Source: Actinomycetes bacterium
GTDB lineage: Bacteria; Actinomycetota; Acidimicrobiia; Acidimicrobiales; Bog-793
Length of the DNA: 48,210 nt
NCBI GenBank assembly: GCA_021809425.1
Contig: JAKBAA010000017.1
Coordinates: 1-48,210 of the forward strand
Direction of reading: 5' to 3'
Below are positions 9,741 to 19,208 of this stretch, piece by piece. The notes below the pieces were generated by a model. That model searched no databases. It was given only the letters and a program-made list of their open reading frames with translations, and was not told the origin of the DNA. The translations under genes were made by a program, and so were the position numbers. Numbering within the stretch: the stretch's first letter is position 1; each line of letters opens with the position of its first letter.

Positions 9741-9858
9741 CGGCACGGGGCCGCCACTGGGGCCGCTGCTGGGGCCGCTGCCGGGGCTTCCTCGGCTCGA
9801 CGACGCTTGGACGACCGGGACGACGAACGAGGGTCGCCGGAGCGGACGCCCCGGGGTG

Positions 9859-10809
9859 TCAGCCGGTCGGCTCGGCGACGAGGTCGACGACGAGGGCGTA
9901 CGGCCCGCCGCTCGTCGTCTTCGGCAGCTCGACGAGCACCCGGCTGCCGAGCGGCATCCCGATCGTCTTGTCGAGCACGCTCGGCGCCGTGGCGCTGCCG
10001 AGGGTCTGGTTGTCGGGGATGCTCGACCAGGTCGCCGCCGGCGCCGGGCCCGACCAGGTGCCGACGACGTACTGGTCGACGAGGAGGCCGGGCCGGACCT
10101 TCGGTCCGTGCCCACGCGCCACCATCGTCACGCTCACGCCCGACGGCTGCGGGGCGCCCTTGGTCACCGTCACCGTCGGCTCCCCGCCGAGGGGCCCGCC
10201 GATCTTGATGCCGCGCACCTCGGTGTGCAGGACCGTGGCGTGCGGGTCGCCGTGCGCCTTCGCCCCGTAGGCCCCGACGACGTCGACGACGAACTCCAGC
10301 GTGTCGGTTCCGGTGATCCCCGCCTGCGGATTTCCCGCCTTCTTGTACCCGTCGACCGGCGGGACCGACAGCAGGAGGCGGGAACCGACGCGTGCCCCCA
10401 CGATGCCCTTGTCCCAGCCCGGGATCACTCGCCCGACGCCGATCGGGGTGGCGAACAAGCCCCGGCCCCACGACGTGTCGAACTCCTTGCCACGCCAGAT
10501 CTGGCCGTAGTAGTTGACGACGGCGAGCTCGCCCTTGCGCACCACCGGCCCGTGCCCCTGGTGCAGCACCTTCACCACGAGGCCCTTTGGCGGGGGGCTC
10601 GCCGGGAAGGTCAGCTTCGGCCTCTGGCCGAACCCGCCCGACACGCTCGGGAGGCCCACGGCGTGCTGGGCACGGCGGGTGGAGGCACCGGCCGCGGCGG
10701 CGGCGGTGGTCGCGGCCGGCACGACCAGGCCGGCGACGAGCGCTACGCCGAGTCCGGCGGCGCGTATGCGCCGGCGCGACGATGCGACGGAGGAGGGGGC
10801 TGCAGGCAC
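9859..10809 (-). CDS. Secreted two-domain FKBP-type peptidyl-prolyl cis-trans isomerase with a Tat/Sec-like signal (SRRRIRAAGLGVALVAG)
   Basis: First FKBP domain: KGELAVVNYYGQIW...FDTSWGRGLFATPIGVGRVIPGWDKGIVGARVGSRLLLSVPP. The second domain is degenerate and FKBP-like. GTG start. Confidence 0.8.
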   Translation of the reverse strand: MPAAPSSVASSRRRIRAAGLGVALVAGLVVPAATTAAAAAGASTRRAQHAVGLPSVSGGFGQRPKLTFPASPPPKGLVVKVLHQGHGPVVRKGELAVVNYYGQIWRGKEFDTSWGRGLFATPIGVGRVIPGWDKGIVGARVGSRLLLSVPPVDGYKKAGNPQAGITGTDTLEFVVDVVGAYGAKAHGDPHATVLHTEVRGIKIGGPLGGEPTVTVTKGAPQPSGVSVTMVARGHGPKVRPGLLVDQYVVGTWSGPAPAATWSSIPDNQTLGSATAPSVLDKTIGMPLGSRVLVELPKTTSGGPYALVVDLVAEPTG

Positions 10810-10873
10810 CTGACGAGGATAGGCCGGCGCCGCGCCCGACCTGGGCGCGGGCCGGACCGCACCGGTCGCGCCG

Positions 10874-11060
10874 TCAGCGCACCTCGAGCAGGTCGGCCAC
10901 GAGCACGAGCGTCTCGCCGCCCTTGATCACGCCATCGGCGCCGCGGCTGCCATAGCCGAGGTCCGGGGGGATGGTGAGGCGCCGTCGTCCACCGACCCGC
11001 ATCCCGGCAACCCCGCGGTCCCAGCCGGTGATGACCTCCCCGGCCCCGAGGCCGAACCGG
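10874..11060 (-). pseudogene. Orphan C-terminal FKBP-domain fragment (~60 aa), wedged between gadB and the FKBP gene
   Basis: Minus-strand frame reads ...[60 protein letters not shown], matching the conserved C-terminal half of FKBP (F.LG.G.VI.GWD.G..GM.VGG.R.L.IPP.LGYG). No room for the N-terminal half because gadB ends at 11062. Missing from the ORF track (under 60 aa from the first start codon). Confidence 0.4.
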
Positions 11061-11061
11061 C

Positions 11062-12468
11062 TCAGTGGTGGAAGGCCGAGTCGGCCCCGCCGGCGCGCAG
11101 CGGCCCCGCCTGGCGGGCGAGCTCGGGGAGGAGCCGCGCCAGGTCGTCGACGAGCAGCTCGGCAAGGTCGTGGGTGAACCCGTTGCGGACGACGATACGG
11201 AGCACGTCGAGGTCGGTTCGGTTGGCCGGGAACGTGTACGCCGGGACGAGCCAGCCACGCTCGCGGAGGCGCCGGGACACGTCGAACACGTCGTAGGCGG
11301 TGACCTCGGGCCGGGTGGTGAAGGCGAAGACCGGCAGCTCGTCGCCGTGGGTGAGCAGCCGGAACGGGCCGAGCTCGCCGATCCGGCCGGCGAGCCTGGT
11401 GGCGATGTGGCGCGACGCTCCCTGTACCGCCCGGAACCCCGCGACACCGAGGCGGAGGAACACGTAGTACTGGGCCACGACCTCAGCCCCCGGACGAGAG
11501 AAGTTGAGGGCGAACGTCGGCATGTCGCCGCCGAGGTAGTTCACGTTGAACACGAGGTCCTCGGGAAGGGCTGCCCGGTCCCGCCAGCAGATCCACCCGA
11601 CACCGGGGTACACGAGCCCGTACTTGTGACCGGACGTGTTGATCGACGCGACCCGCTCGAGCCGGAAGTCCCAGACCAGGTCCTCGTCGAGGAACGGCGC
11701 CACCATGGCGCCGGACGCCCCGTCGACGTGGATCGGGACGTCGACGCCGGTTCGTGCCTGGAGCTCGTCGAGGGCGGCGGCGATGGCGGCCACCGGCTCG
11801 TAGCTCCCGTCGAAGGTGGAGCCGAGCACCGCGACCACCCCGATCGTGTCCTCGTCGCAGCGCGCCACGGCCTCGTCCGGGGAGAGGTTGAAGCGGTCGC
11901 CCTCCATCGGCACGATGCGCGGCTCGACCTCCCAGTAATTGCAGAACTTGTCCCAGCAGACCTGGACGTTGGCACCCATCACGAGGTTGGGCCGCCCCGC
12001 CGGACGCCCGGCCGCCCGGCGGGCGTGGGACCACCGTCGCTTGAGGGCGAGGCCTCCCAGCATGCAGGCCTCCGACGACCCCGTCGTCGAGCAGCCGACC
12101 GCCAGCTCGGGCTTCGGGGCGTGCCACAGGTGGGCGAGGATGCTCACGCACCGGCGCTCCAGCTCGGCCGTCTGGGGGTACTCGTCCTTGTCGATGACGT
12201 TCTTCTCGGCGCACTCCGCCATGAGGCGCGCCGCGGGCTCCTCCATCCAGGTGGTGACGAACGTCGCCAGGTTCAGGCGCGCGTTGCCGTCGAGCAGCAG
12301 CTCGTCGTGCACCAGCTGGTAGGCCGTGGCCGGCGGTACCGGGTCGGCGCGCAGGAAGTGGGTGGGCAGCTCGAGCTCGTCGTCGATGGCCGGGTCGGCG
12401 ACCGACCGCATGGCACGTGGGCGGTGGCGTCCGGGTGTGCCCGGCGCGTCGGGGGAGTGGAGCGGCAC
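11062..12468 (-). CDS. gadB: Glutamate decarboxylase (PLP-dependent, GadA/GadB type)
   Basis: Collinear with E. coli GadB: [36 protein letters not shown], the PLP-lysine region [36 protein letters not shown]. Start is either the GTG at 12468 or the ATG at 12411. Confidence 0.85.
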   Translation of the reverse strand: MPLHSPDAPGTPGRHRPRAMRSVADPAIDDELELPTHFLRADPVPPATAYQLVHDELLLDGNARLNLATFVTTWMEEPAARLMAECAEKNVIDKDEYPQTAELERRCVSILAHLWHAPKPELAVGCSTTGSSEACMLGGLALKRRWSHARRAAGRPAGRPNLVMGANVQVCWDKFCNYWEVEPRIVPMEGDRFNLSPDEAVARCDEDTIGVVAVLGSTFDGSYEPVAAIAAALDELQARTGVDVPIHVDGASGAMVAPFLDEDLVWDFRLERVASINTSGHKYGLVYPGVGWICWRDRAALPEDLVFNVNYLGGDMPTFALNFSRPGAEVVAQYYVFLRLGVAGFRAVQGASRHIATRLAGRIGELGPFRLLTHGDELPVFAFTTRPEVTAYDVFDVSRRLRERGWLVPAYTFPANRTDLDVLRIVVRNGFTHDLAELLVDDLARLLPELARQAGPLRAGGADSAFHH

Positions 12469-12559
12469 CGGTCAGGCCTCGATTCGGGTCACGCCGGCGG
12501 CCGGAGGAGGCAGCGCGCGCACCTCGCCGAGCGTAGCGGGAGGCGGCTACCGTCGGGCG

Positions 12560-13195
12560 GTGGATCGGCTCGAGCAGGCTCGGGAGGTGGCGGGCGAGCT
12601 GGACTTCGCCGATGCGTGCGACGACGCCGTCGGGGCGCTGCTCGCCACCCTCGTTGCCGACCTGCCGGCCGGTGCGCGGGTGCTGGAGCTCGGGACGGGC
12701 ACCGGGGTGGGGCTCGCCTGGTGCTGCAGCGGGCTCGGCTCCCGCCGGGACGTCCGCATCGTGAGCGTCGAGCTCGACCCGTCGCTCCACCGGCGAGCCG
12801 CCCGCCTTGCCTGGCCTCCGTCCGTGCAGCTCCTCCAGGGCGACGCCGTCGCGCTGCTCCCGACCCTCGGCGCCTTCGCGCTCGTCTTCGCCGACGCCCC
12901 GGGCGGCAAGTGGGAGGGGCTCGACCGCACGGTCGAGGCGGTGGCGCCCGGTGGCGTGCTCGTGATGGACGACATGACACCGCAGCCGTGGTGGCCCCCG
13001 GCGCACACCGAGGCGATCGCGACGGTGCGCTCGACCCTCGGCGCCGACGAGCGCCTGCGCGTCGAGGAGCTGCCGGTGGGCTCCGGCGTGCTCCTCGCTC
13101 GCCGCTGCCAGCCAGGCGCGCCGGCGTCGACCGGTGGTGCGCGGGGTGTCAGTCGAGCGGGACCGGCAGGGAGCGACCGAGGACCTGGCCGTTGA
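12560..13195 (+). CDS. Class I SAM-dependent O-methyltransferase (family 3, catechol/caffeoyl-CoA OMT-like)
   Basis: SAM motif VLELGTGTGVGLAW, an acidic DAPGG/VLVMDD region, ~210 aa. GTG start chosen at VDRLEQ. The 3' end overlaps the convergent ASST gene by ~47 nt. Confidence 0.65.
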   Translation: MDRLEQAREVAGELDFADACDDAVGALLATLVADLPAGARVLELGTGTGVGLAWCCSGLGSRRDVRIVSVELDPSLHRRAARLAWPPSVQLLQGDAVALLPTLGAFALVFADAPGGKWEGLDRTVEAVAPGGVLVMDDMTPQPWWPPAHTEAIATVRSTLGADERLRVEELPVGSGVLLARRCQPGAPASTGGARGVSRAGPAGSDRGPGR

Positions 13196-14750
13196 CGTCG
13201 AGCGCCTCGAGCTCGAAGGTCGTGGCGCCGTCGCCGGCGAAGGGGATGGCCGTCTCGAAGCCGAGCTTCGCCGTGGTGACGAGCGGCCGCAGCGTGGCCG
13301 GCAACGGCCCGCCGCTCACCCGCCAGGCGGCGACCTCGGTGGCCCCGTTCCAGCTCGCCCACCCGGTGAGCTGGCCGGGTGGACCGGTCCGCCGGACGAC
13401 GAGCGCCAGCTCGTCCTGTGGGGGGTTGCCGACCCAGTCGAAGAGGAAGCTGCGGTAGCTGGCCGCGCCTTCGGCGAAGCGGCCGTCGAGCACGAGCGGC
13501 GCGCCGAGCACGCCGTCGGGCGACGGGGCATAGATGCTGAAGTACGGCTGGAACCCCCAGCCGACCATGTGGCCGCCGTTCGCCAGCAGCTGGCAGTTGC
13601 CCTGGCTGGGCGTGCTCATCTCGCCGTCGGTGTGGCGGTAGCGGTGGACCAGGGTCGCCGTGCGCCCGGCCTGGTCGAGGCGCAGCACCTTGCCCGAGGC
13701 GTACCGCTCCGGGCATGGCGGCGACGCGTCGTCGAACAGGCTGATCCCCGAGCCGTCGGCGAGCGAGCGGGCATCGTGCTGGAAGTAGAAGTCGCTGCCC
13801 CGACCCATGGCGAAGTCGCTCCGCTTTCCACCCACCCGCCAGCGCACCCGCTTGGTCTGGCGGTCGACGAGGTAGACGGCGGAGGTGTTGCGCGACGACA
13901 CGAGCAGGTCGCGGGCCGTCCCCGGCCAGAGGTCGATCGAGTTGATGTGGAAGTAGTCGAAGAACCCGCCGCCCGGGCGCACCTCGGAGAGGTGGAGACC
14001 CACCTCGGGGTAGCTTGCCCAGTCGAAGACGAGCTCGTTCGTCGCGACGTCGACCTCCTGGGCGTGGCCGATGAAGGTCGGCAGGCCCCGCACCCGCAGC
14101 GAGGTGTCGTCGTAGGCGGTGTGGAGCGCCGTGTCCTCGGGGGTGACGATGAACTCGTGCAGGTCGCACGGATAGCCGGTGCTCACCACCTGGGCGATCT
14201 CGCCGTAGGTGCTGTCGGCGAGCACGTAGTGTCCCATGCCGTGCGCGAACCGGACGGTACCCTGGAACCACGTCAGGGTCGGTCGGCCCCGGTAGGTCTG
14301 GACGCGGAAGTTGAACGGCACCTCGTGCACGCCCGGCAGCGGCTTGAACCAGACGAGCTCGCCGGAGGTGTCGAGGATCATCAGCCCGGGCGAGGCACCG
14401 GCCGGGAACGGACCCTCGACGGGCACCCGGCCCGGGCTCGCCTTGGCGGGCGGCTTCGGGGCGCAGAAGAGGTAGCCCGCGCGGTTGCCGAGGGCTTCGA
14501 TCTCGGGGGTGGACCGGATGCTGACGCCGACCGGGGTGAGGTCGGGCCGGCTCACGTAGCGCACGACCGGCGGCGGCGCCGGCGGTTCGGCGCGCACCAC
14601 GGGGTGGCGGCCGGCTCCGGGGTGGCCGCCGGGCCGACGACCTGCCGCCATGGCGCGCTCGACGGCCCGGGGGCCGAGCGAGAGCCCGATGCCGGCGGCG
14701 GCCCCGCCGGCAAGGAACGAACGACGACTGATCGGGGCGGGCTGACCCAT
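13149..14750 (-). CDS. Arylsulfotransferase (ASST) family protein with a Tat signal (ISRRSFLAGGAAAGIG)
   Basis: 533 aa. ASST beta-propeller hallmarks DYFHINSIDL, SSRNTSAVYLVD, GKRSDFAMG. Strong AAGGAAG Shine-Dalgarno before the ATG. Confidence 0.85.
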   Translation of the reverse strand: MGQPAPISRRSFLAGGAAAGIGLSLGPRAVERAMAAGRRPGGHPGAGRHPVVRAEPPAPPPVVRYVSRPDLTPVGVSIRSTPEIEALGNRAGYLFCAPKPPAKASPGRVPVEGPFPAGASPGLMILDTSGELVWFKPLPGVHEVPFNFRVQTYRGRPTLTWFQGTVRFAHGMGHYVLADSTYGEIAQVVSTGYPCDLHEFIVTPEDTALHTAYDDTSLRVRGLPTFIGHAQEVDVATNELVFDWASYPEVGLHLSEVRPGGGFFDYFHINSIDLWPGTARDLLVSSRNTSAVYLVDRQTKRVRWRVGGKRSDFAMGRGSDFYFQHDARSLADGSGISLFDDASPPCPERYASGKVLRLDQAGRTATLVHRYRHTDGEMSTPSQGNCQLLANGGHMVGWGFQPYFSIYAPSPDGVLGAPLVLDGRFAEGAASYRSFLFDWVGNPPQDELALVVRRTGPPGQLTGWASWNGATEVAAWRVSGGPLPATLRPLVTTAKLGFETAIPFAGDGATTFELEALDVNGQVLGRSLPVPLD

Positions 14751-15032
14751 CTGCTTCCTTTCGACCGTGATGCTCCCGCCGTGGCGGGTCGCCGCACACC
14801 ATAGGGACGGCTCGTTCGGCGGTGGCGTCGGCCGCGACCACGGTGGCGGCCCGTGGCGCTCGGCCGCCCAGCTCAGGCGGGGTGAGGGGTGCCGGCGCCG
14901 GCGCAGTTAAGTCTTCCTCATTTCTCGGGTGATGCACAGGTTGTGTCCCTAGGTTCCCGGCCCAGACGTCGAACGGCGGGTCCGGCCAGCCAGCGTGGGC
15001 GGGCTCGTCGGCCCTTGTGGCGGGAGGTCTCC

Positions 15033-16652
15033 ATGGCAAGCGAGTGCGGCAGCGGGGCGCCTCCGACGGCGCAGCTCGTGGACGTGCGAGAGGACCCGCC
15101 GCGGCGCATGAGCCGACGGGCGCTGCTCGGACGGGGCGGCGGCGTGCTCGGCGTCGGGGCGTTGGCGGCGACCGGCTCGGGGCTCTCCCTGCGCACCGGC
15201 GACCGGGCCTCGCCGTCTCGACCGGCCACCCCGGCCGGGGCCGTGCGTGCCGCGTCCAGCGCGCCACCGCTCTACCGGAGCGCACCGGCGCTCGTCCCCC
15301 CTCGCCTGCAGGTGAGCGTCCCCCGCACGCCGACGACCGCGGGGCTCCTGCTGCTCACCCCGAGCCTGTTGTCAGCGAACAAGGTCCAGTCGAACGTCGC
15401 CAGCGTGGCGGCCGGCAAGGGACAGGAGGGGGTCCTCGTCACGGACCTTCGCGGCGAGCCCGTCTGGTTCCAGCCGACCACCCAGACGGCGACCAACCTC
15501 CAGGTGCAGCAGTACGAGGGGAAGCCCGTGCTCACCTACTGGACGGGGAACGTCGTCAACGGCATTGGCTACGGGACCGGCCACGTCCTCGACACGAGCT
15601 ATCGCGAGATCGTCACCATCCATGCCGGCAGCGGGCTGCAGGTCGACCTCCACGAGCTCACCTTGACCCCGGAGGGCACGGCGCTCGTCACGGCGTACCG
15701 CCAGACGAGGACCGACACGAGCGCGATCGGCGGCAGCAAGGCCGGCTCGGTGTTCGAAGGCGTCGTGCAGGAGATCGACCTGTCGACGGGCAAGGTGGTG
15801 TTCGAGTGGTCCTCGCTCGCCCACGTGCCGGTGGGCGAGTCTTACGTGAAGGCCGCCGCCAAGGGCGCGACCGACTACTTCCACATCAACTCGATCTCGC
15901 TGTGGGACGCCTCGAGCCTGCTCATCTCGGCGCGCCACACCTGGGCCGTCTACTGCGTGAGCAGGAAGACCGGCGTCGTCCTGTGGCAGCTCGGCGGCAA
16001 GCGCTCGAGCTTCGCCATGGGGCCGGGCACCGCCTTCTCGTGGCAGCACCACGCCCGCCGCCTCGGGGCGAGCCAGCAGCTGTCGCTCTTCGACGACGGG
16101 ACGAACGGCATCGCCCCCGGCGGCGAGACGCGCTCGCGGGCCATCGTCGTGACCCTCGATGCGGCGGCACACCGGGCCACCCTCGCGCGGGCCGTCACCC
16201 ATCCGGCCGGGTTGCTGGCCCCCTTCGAGGGGAGCGTCCAGCTGCTCGACGACGGTCACCTCTTCGTCGGCTGGGGCGGCGAGCCCTACTCGAGCGAGTT
16301 CGACGGCCAGGGCCGCCTGGTGCTCGACGCCCGCTTCCCGACGAACGACCAGTCCTACCGGGCGTTCCGCTCGGCGTGGCACGCCGCCCCGACCACGCTG
16401 CCGGCGGTGGCGCTCGAGAAGGACGGGGTCGGTGGCTACGCCGTCTACGTGAGCTGGAACGGCGCCACCGAGGTCGCCGACTGGCAGGTGCTCTCCGGTG
16501 CCTCCCCGGCGAGCCTGGCCGCGGTGGCGACCGTGCCGCGTTCGGGCTTCGAGACGGCGATCACCGTCCACCCGACGGGCAGCTACCTGGCGGTCGCCGG
16601 TCTCGACGCCACCGGCCGCCGCCTCGGCCAGTCGGGTGTCCTGAAGGCGTGA
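15033..16652 (+). CDS. Arylsulfotransferase (ASST) family protein with a Tat signal (MSRRALLGRGGGVLGVGALAATGSG)
   Basis: ASST hallmarks DYFHINSISLW, SARHTWAVYCVS, GGKRSSFAMG. ATG 15033 has a GGGAGG Shine-Dalgarno; the alternative ATG at 15108 sits directly before the RR motif. Confidence 0.85.
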   Translation: MASECGSGAPPTAQLVDVREDPPRRMSRRALLGRGGGVLGVGALAATGSGLSLRTGDRASPSRPATPAGAVRAASSAPPLYRSAPALVPPRLQVSVPRTPTTAGLLLLTPSLLSANKVQSNVASVAAGKGQEGVLVTDLRGEPVWFQPTTQTATNLQVQQYEGKPVLTYWTGNVVNGIGYGTGHVLDTSYREIVTIHAGSGLQVDLHELTLTPEGTALVTAYRQTRTDTSAIGGSKAGSVFEGVVQEIDLSTGKVVFEWSSLAHVPVGESYVKAAAKGATDYFHINSISLWDASSLLISARHTWAVYCVSRKTGVVLWQLGGKRSSFAMGPGTAFSWQHHARRLGASQQLSLFDDGTNGIAPGGETRSRAIVVTLDAAAHRATLARAVTHPAGLLAPFEGSVQLLDDGHLFVGWGGEPYSSEFDGQGRLVLDARFPTNDQSYRAFRSAWHAAPTTLPAVALEKDGVGGYAVYVSWNGATEVADWQVLSGASPASLAAVATVPRSGFETAITVHPTGSYLAVAGLDATGRRLGQSGVLKA

Positions 16653-18520
16653 TGGGCCGTCGCGCCCGGGGCACCCGGGTGCGGGCGCCGTGGGCCGATC
16701 GTGGTGGCACCCTCGCCGCGCTGGCGCTGCTCGCCGCGCCGCTCCTTCCGACCGGCTCGCCGGCGGTCGCCCCGGCGCGTCTCGCTGCACCCGGCGCGCC
16801 GGTCGCCGCCGCGGCGCCGCCGGCCGCCCGGTACGTCACGGTCTCGCCGGCGCCCGGCTCGCGCACGGCCGACCCCGCCACCGAGATCAGCTTCCTCGGC
16901 CGTCCGATCGGGACGCTCGGCACCGTGTCGGTCGTCGGCTCCAGCTCCGGCCGCCACCTCGGCAAGCTGCTGGCGTACTCGACGGGTGACGGTGCGAGCT
17001 TCGTGCCGGCACGGCCGTTCGTGCCGGGGGAGCAGGTGACCGTCCACACGTCGCTTCCCATCGCGCACGCCGCGCAGGGGACGTTCCGCTTCTCCGTCGC
17101 CCACGTCGTGGCGCTCCGGCTGGCACCGACGAGGACGTCGTTCACGACCGACGTCGCCGGCGTCGACCACTTCGCCTCGGCCCCCACCCTGGAGCCACCC
17201 GCGGTGCGGGTGGTCGTCAGCAAGGGTGCCCCTCCCCGGGGTGATCTCCTGCTCACCCCGAAGGGGCCGACGGGTCAGCCGGGGCCGATGCTCGTCGCGC
17301 CCGACGGGCGGCTGGTCTGGTTCCGGCCGCTCCCGCCCGGCCAGCAGGCGTTCGACCTGAACGAGCAGACCCTCCACGGCCGTCCCGTGCTCACCTGGTT
17401 CCAGGGGAGGGTGATCGACGGCCACGGGGAGGGGGTCGCCGTGATCGCCGACGAGCACTACCGGACGATCGCCGTCGTCCGCGGCGGCAACGGCACCGAG
17501 GTCGACCTGCACGAGCTCCAGCTCACGAACGCCGGCACGGCGATCGTGACCGCCTACCGCCCGGTCCGCTGGAACCTGTCGAGCGCCCACGGCTCGTCCC
17601 ATGGCGTCGTCTACGACGGGGTCGTCCAGGAGATCGACCTCGCCACCGGCCTCGTCGAGGAGGAGTGGGACAGCCTCGACCACGTCCCGGTGGTCGACTC
17701 CTATCTCCGGGCCCCCACGTCGTCGACGGCACCGTACGACTACTTCCACGTGAACGCCGTCCAGCCGCTCGCCGGCGGTGCGCTGCTCGTGTCCGCCCGC
17801 AACACGAGCGCCGTCTACGCGGTCGATCCGGCGACCGGAGGTACCGTCCGCTGGTGCCTCGGCGGCAAGGCGAGCACGCTCCGCCTCAGCACGGGCGCCC
17901 GCTTCTGGTACCAGCACGACGTCCGGCTGCATCAGGGCGACCTCCTCACCGTCTTCGACAACGGCTCGAACGGGTCGTCGTCGCCCGAGCCGGCCTCGCG
18001 TGCCCTCGTCCTGCGGCTCGACCTGGTGACGCGCCGCGCCTTCCTCGTGCGGTCGGTGGTCAACCCGTTGACCCACGTGCTCGCCTTTGCGCTCGGCAGC
18101 GTCCAGGACCTCACCGGCGGCAGCCTCCTGGTCGGCTGGGGCACGGCCCCGAGCGTGTCCGTGGTCGCACCGTCGGGGGCGGTGCGCTACGACGCCACGT
18201 TGCCGACCGGGGACAACTCGTACCGTGCCGTGCTCCACCCCTGGACGGGCGCACCGACGACCCGCCCCTCCCTTGCCGTCGTTCGGGCCGTCGCCGGGTC
18301 TGGCGTCACGGTGTCGATGAGCTGGAACGGGGCGACCGGGGTCGCACGCTGGCGGGTCCGTTCGGGCCGGAGCGCCGCCGGGCTTCGCCAGGTGGCCGTG
18401 GTGGCGAACCACGGCTTCGAGTCGACGGTGCGCCTGGCCGAGGTCGGCAGCCTCGTCCAGGTCATGGCGCTCGGCGGCAACGGCGCACCGCTCGGGAGCT
18501 CGGCCGTCCTTCGCTCGTAG
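16652..18520 (+). CDS. Arylsulfotransferase (ASST) family protein, third paralog, signal peptide AALALLAAPLLPTGSPA
   Basis: The C-terminal 622 aa of track ORF 15017..18520 are ASST-like (DYFHVNAVQPL, SARNTSAVYAVD, GGKASTLRL). Its ATG overlaps the ASST2 stop (GTGATGG), indicating translational coupling. Confidence 0.85.
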   Translation: MGRRARGTRVRAPWADRGGTLAALALLAAPLLPTGSPAVAPARLAAPGAPVAAAAPPAARYVTVSPAPGSRTADPATEISFLGRPIGTLGTVSVVGSSSGRHLGKLLAYSTGDGASFVPARPFVPGEQVTVHTSLPIAHAAQGTFRFSVAHVVALRLAPTRTSFTTDVAGVDHFASAPTLEPPAVRVVVSKGAPPRGDLLLTPKGPTGQPGPMLVAPDGRLVWFRPLPPGQQAFDLNEQTLHGRPVLTWFQGRVIDGHGEGVAVIADEHYRTIAVVRGGNGTEVDLHELQLTNAGTAIVTAYRPVRWNLSSAHGSSHGVVYDGVVQEIDLATGLVEEEWDSLDHVPVVDSYLRAPTSSTAPYDYFHVNAVQPLAGGALLVSARNTSAVYAVDPATGGTVRWCLGGKASTLRLSTGARFWYQHDVRLHQGDLLTVFDNGSNGSSSPEPASRALVLRLDLVTRRAFLVRSVVNPLTHVLAFALGSVQDLTGGSLLVGWGTAPSVSVVAPSGAVRYDATLPTGDNSYRAVLHPWTGAPTTRPSLAVVRAVAGSGVTVSMSWNGATGVARWRVRSGRSAAGLRQVAVVANHGFESTVRLAEVGSLVQVMALGGNGAPLGSSAVLRS

Positions 18521-18561
18521 GGCCGGCCACGCCGGGCGAAGCTGCCTCGCGGGCGCACCGG

Positions 18562-19134
18562 TCAGCGCGGCCCGTCGGCGTGGCGATGGACGTGGGCGCG
18601 CTGGCCGTCGCGGTCGAAGGTCATGATCAGCTCCGCCGGCCCGTCGACCGCCACGACGGCGTGGGGCGTCATCGTGGCGAACTCGGCGGCCTCGCCCGCC
18701 TCGACGGTCACCTCGCGCTCGCCGAGCAGGAGCAGGACGCGACCTTCGAGGACGAAGAGCCAGTCGTGGCCCGGGTGGACCTGCTGCTCGGGGCGCCGTT
18801 CGGCGGGCTCGAGGCGGAGCTTCATGGCATGGGTGGCAGCGGCCGGCCGGCTCAGCAGCCAGGTGGTCCTCCCGCTCGAGCCATTGGGGACGGGACGGAT
18901 CACCACGTCGTCGTCGCCGTGCAGGTCCAGCAGGGCGTCGAGGTCGACCTGGAGGGCGGCGGCCAGCGGCACCAGCACGTCCAGGCTGATCGTCCGCTTG
19001 CCGGTCTCCACCCTGCTGATCGTCGACGGGCTGAGGTGGGCGCGGCCGGCGAGCTCGTCGAGGGACAGCCCGAGCGTGTGGCGAAGGCTGCGGAGGCGAC
19101 TGCGCACTTGGGCCTCGATGTCCGTCCGCTCCAT
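18562..19134 (-). CDS. XRE-family HTH transcriptional regulator with a C-terminal cupin domain
   Basis: HTH_3: LRHTLGLSLDELAGRAHLSPSTISRVETGKRTISLDVLVPLAAAL. Cupin: HPGHDWLFVLEGRVLLLLGEREVTVEAGEAAEF. Start taken at MERTD; the upstream part of ORF 18562..19485 is an Arg/Pro-rich artefact. Confidence 0.8.
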   Translation of the reverse strand: MERTDIEAQVRSRLRSLRHTLGLSLDELAGRAHLSPSTISRVETGKRTISLDVLVPLAAALQVDLDALLDLHGDDDVVIRPVPNGSSGRTTWLLSRPAAATHAMKLRLEPAERRPEQQVHPGHDWLFVLEGRVLLLLGEREVTVEAGEAAEFATMTPHAVVAVDGPAELIMTFDRDGQRAHVHRHADGPR

Positions 19135-19208
19135 GGCCGTTGCCTCCAGGTATTGCGAATCCTGCAAGATGATATGCGAGAAGCGAGATGCCCGGTACGT
19201 TGGGCGCC

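Noticed and set aside
11062-12468. Glutamate decarboxylase considered as an aromatic amino-acid decarboxylase linked to the sulfotransferase/O-methyltransferase island (catecholamine-like pathway)
   Set aside because: The protein is collinear with bona fide GadB across its whole length, including GAD-specific motifs. The linkage to the ASST island is therefore probably coincidental.
12547-15285. 912-aa minus ORF. Similarly the long ORFs 11065..13458 (+), 16583..19351 (-), 18623..21532 (+), 24875..27853 (-), 30437..32785 (-), 32374..34005 (-) and 35730..37592 (-).
   Set aside because: Each is antisense or frame-shifted relative to genes with clear motif-level support, has arginine/proline-rich junk composition, and has no conserved motifs.
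15017-16651. N-terminal 545 aa of track ORF 15017..18520
   Set aside because: Only the C-terminal 622 aa (from ATG 16652) form the ASST protein. The upstream part is an alternative-frame read-through of ASST2 with junk composition.
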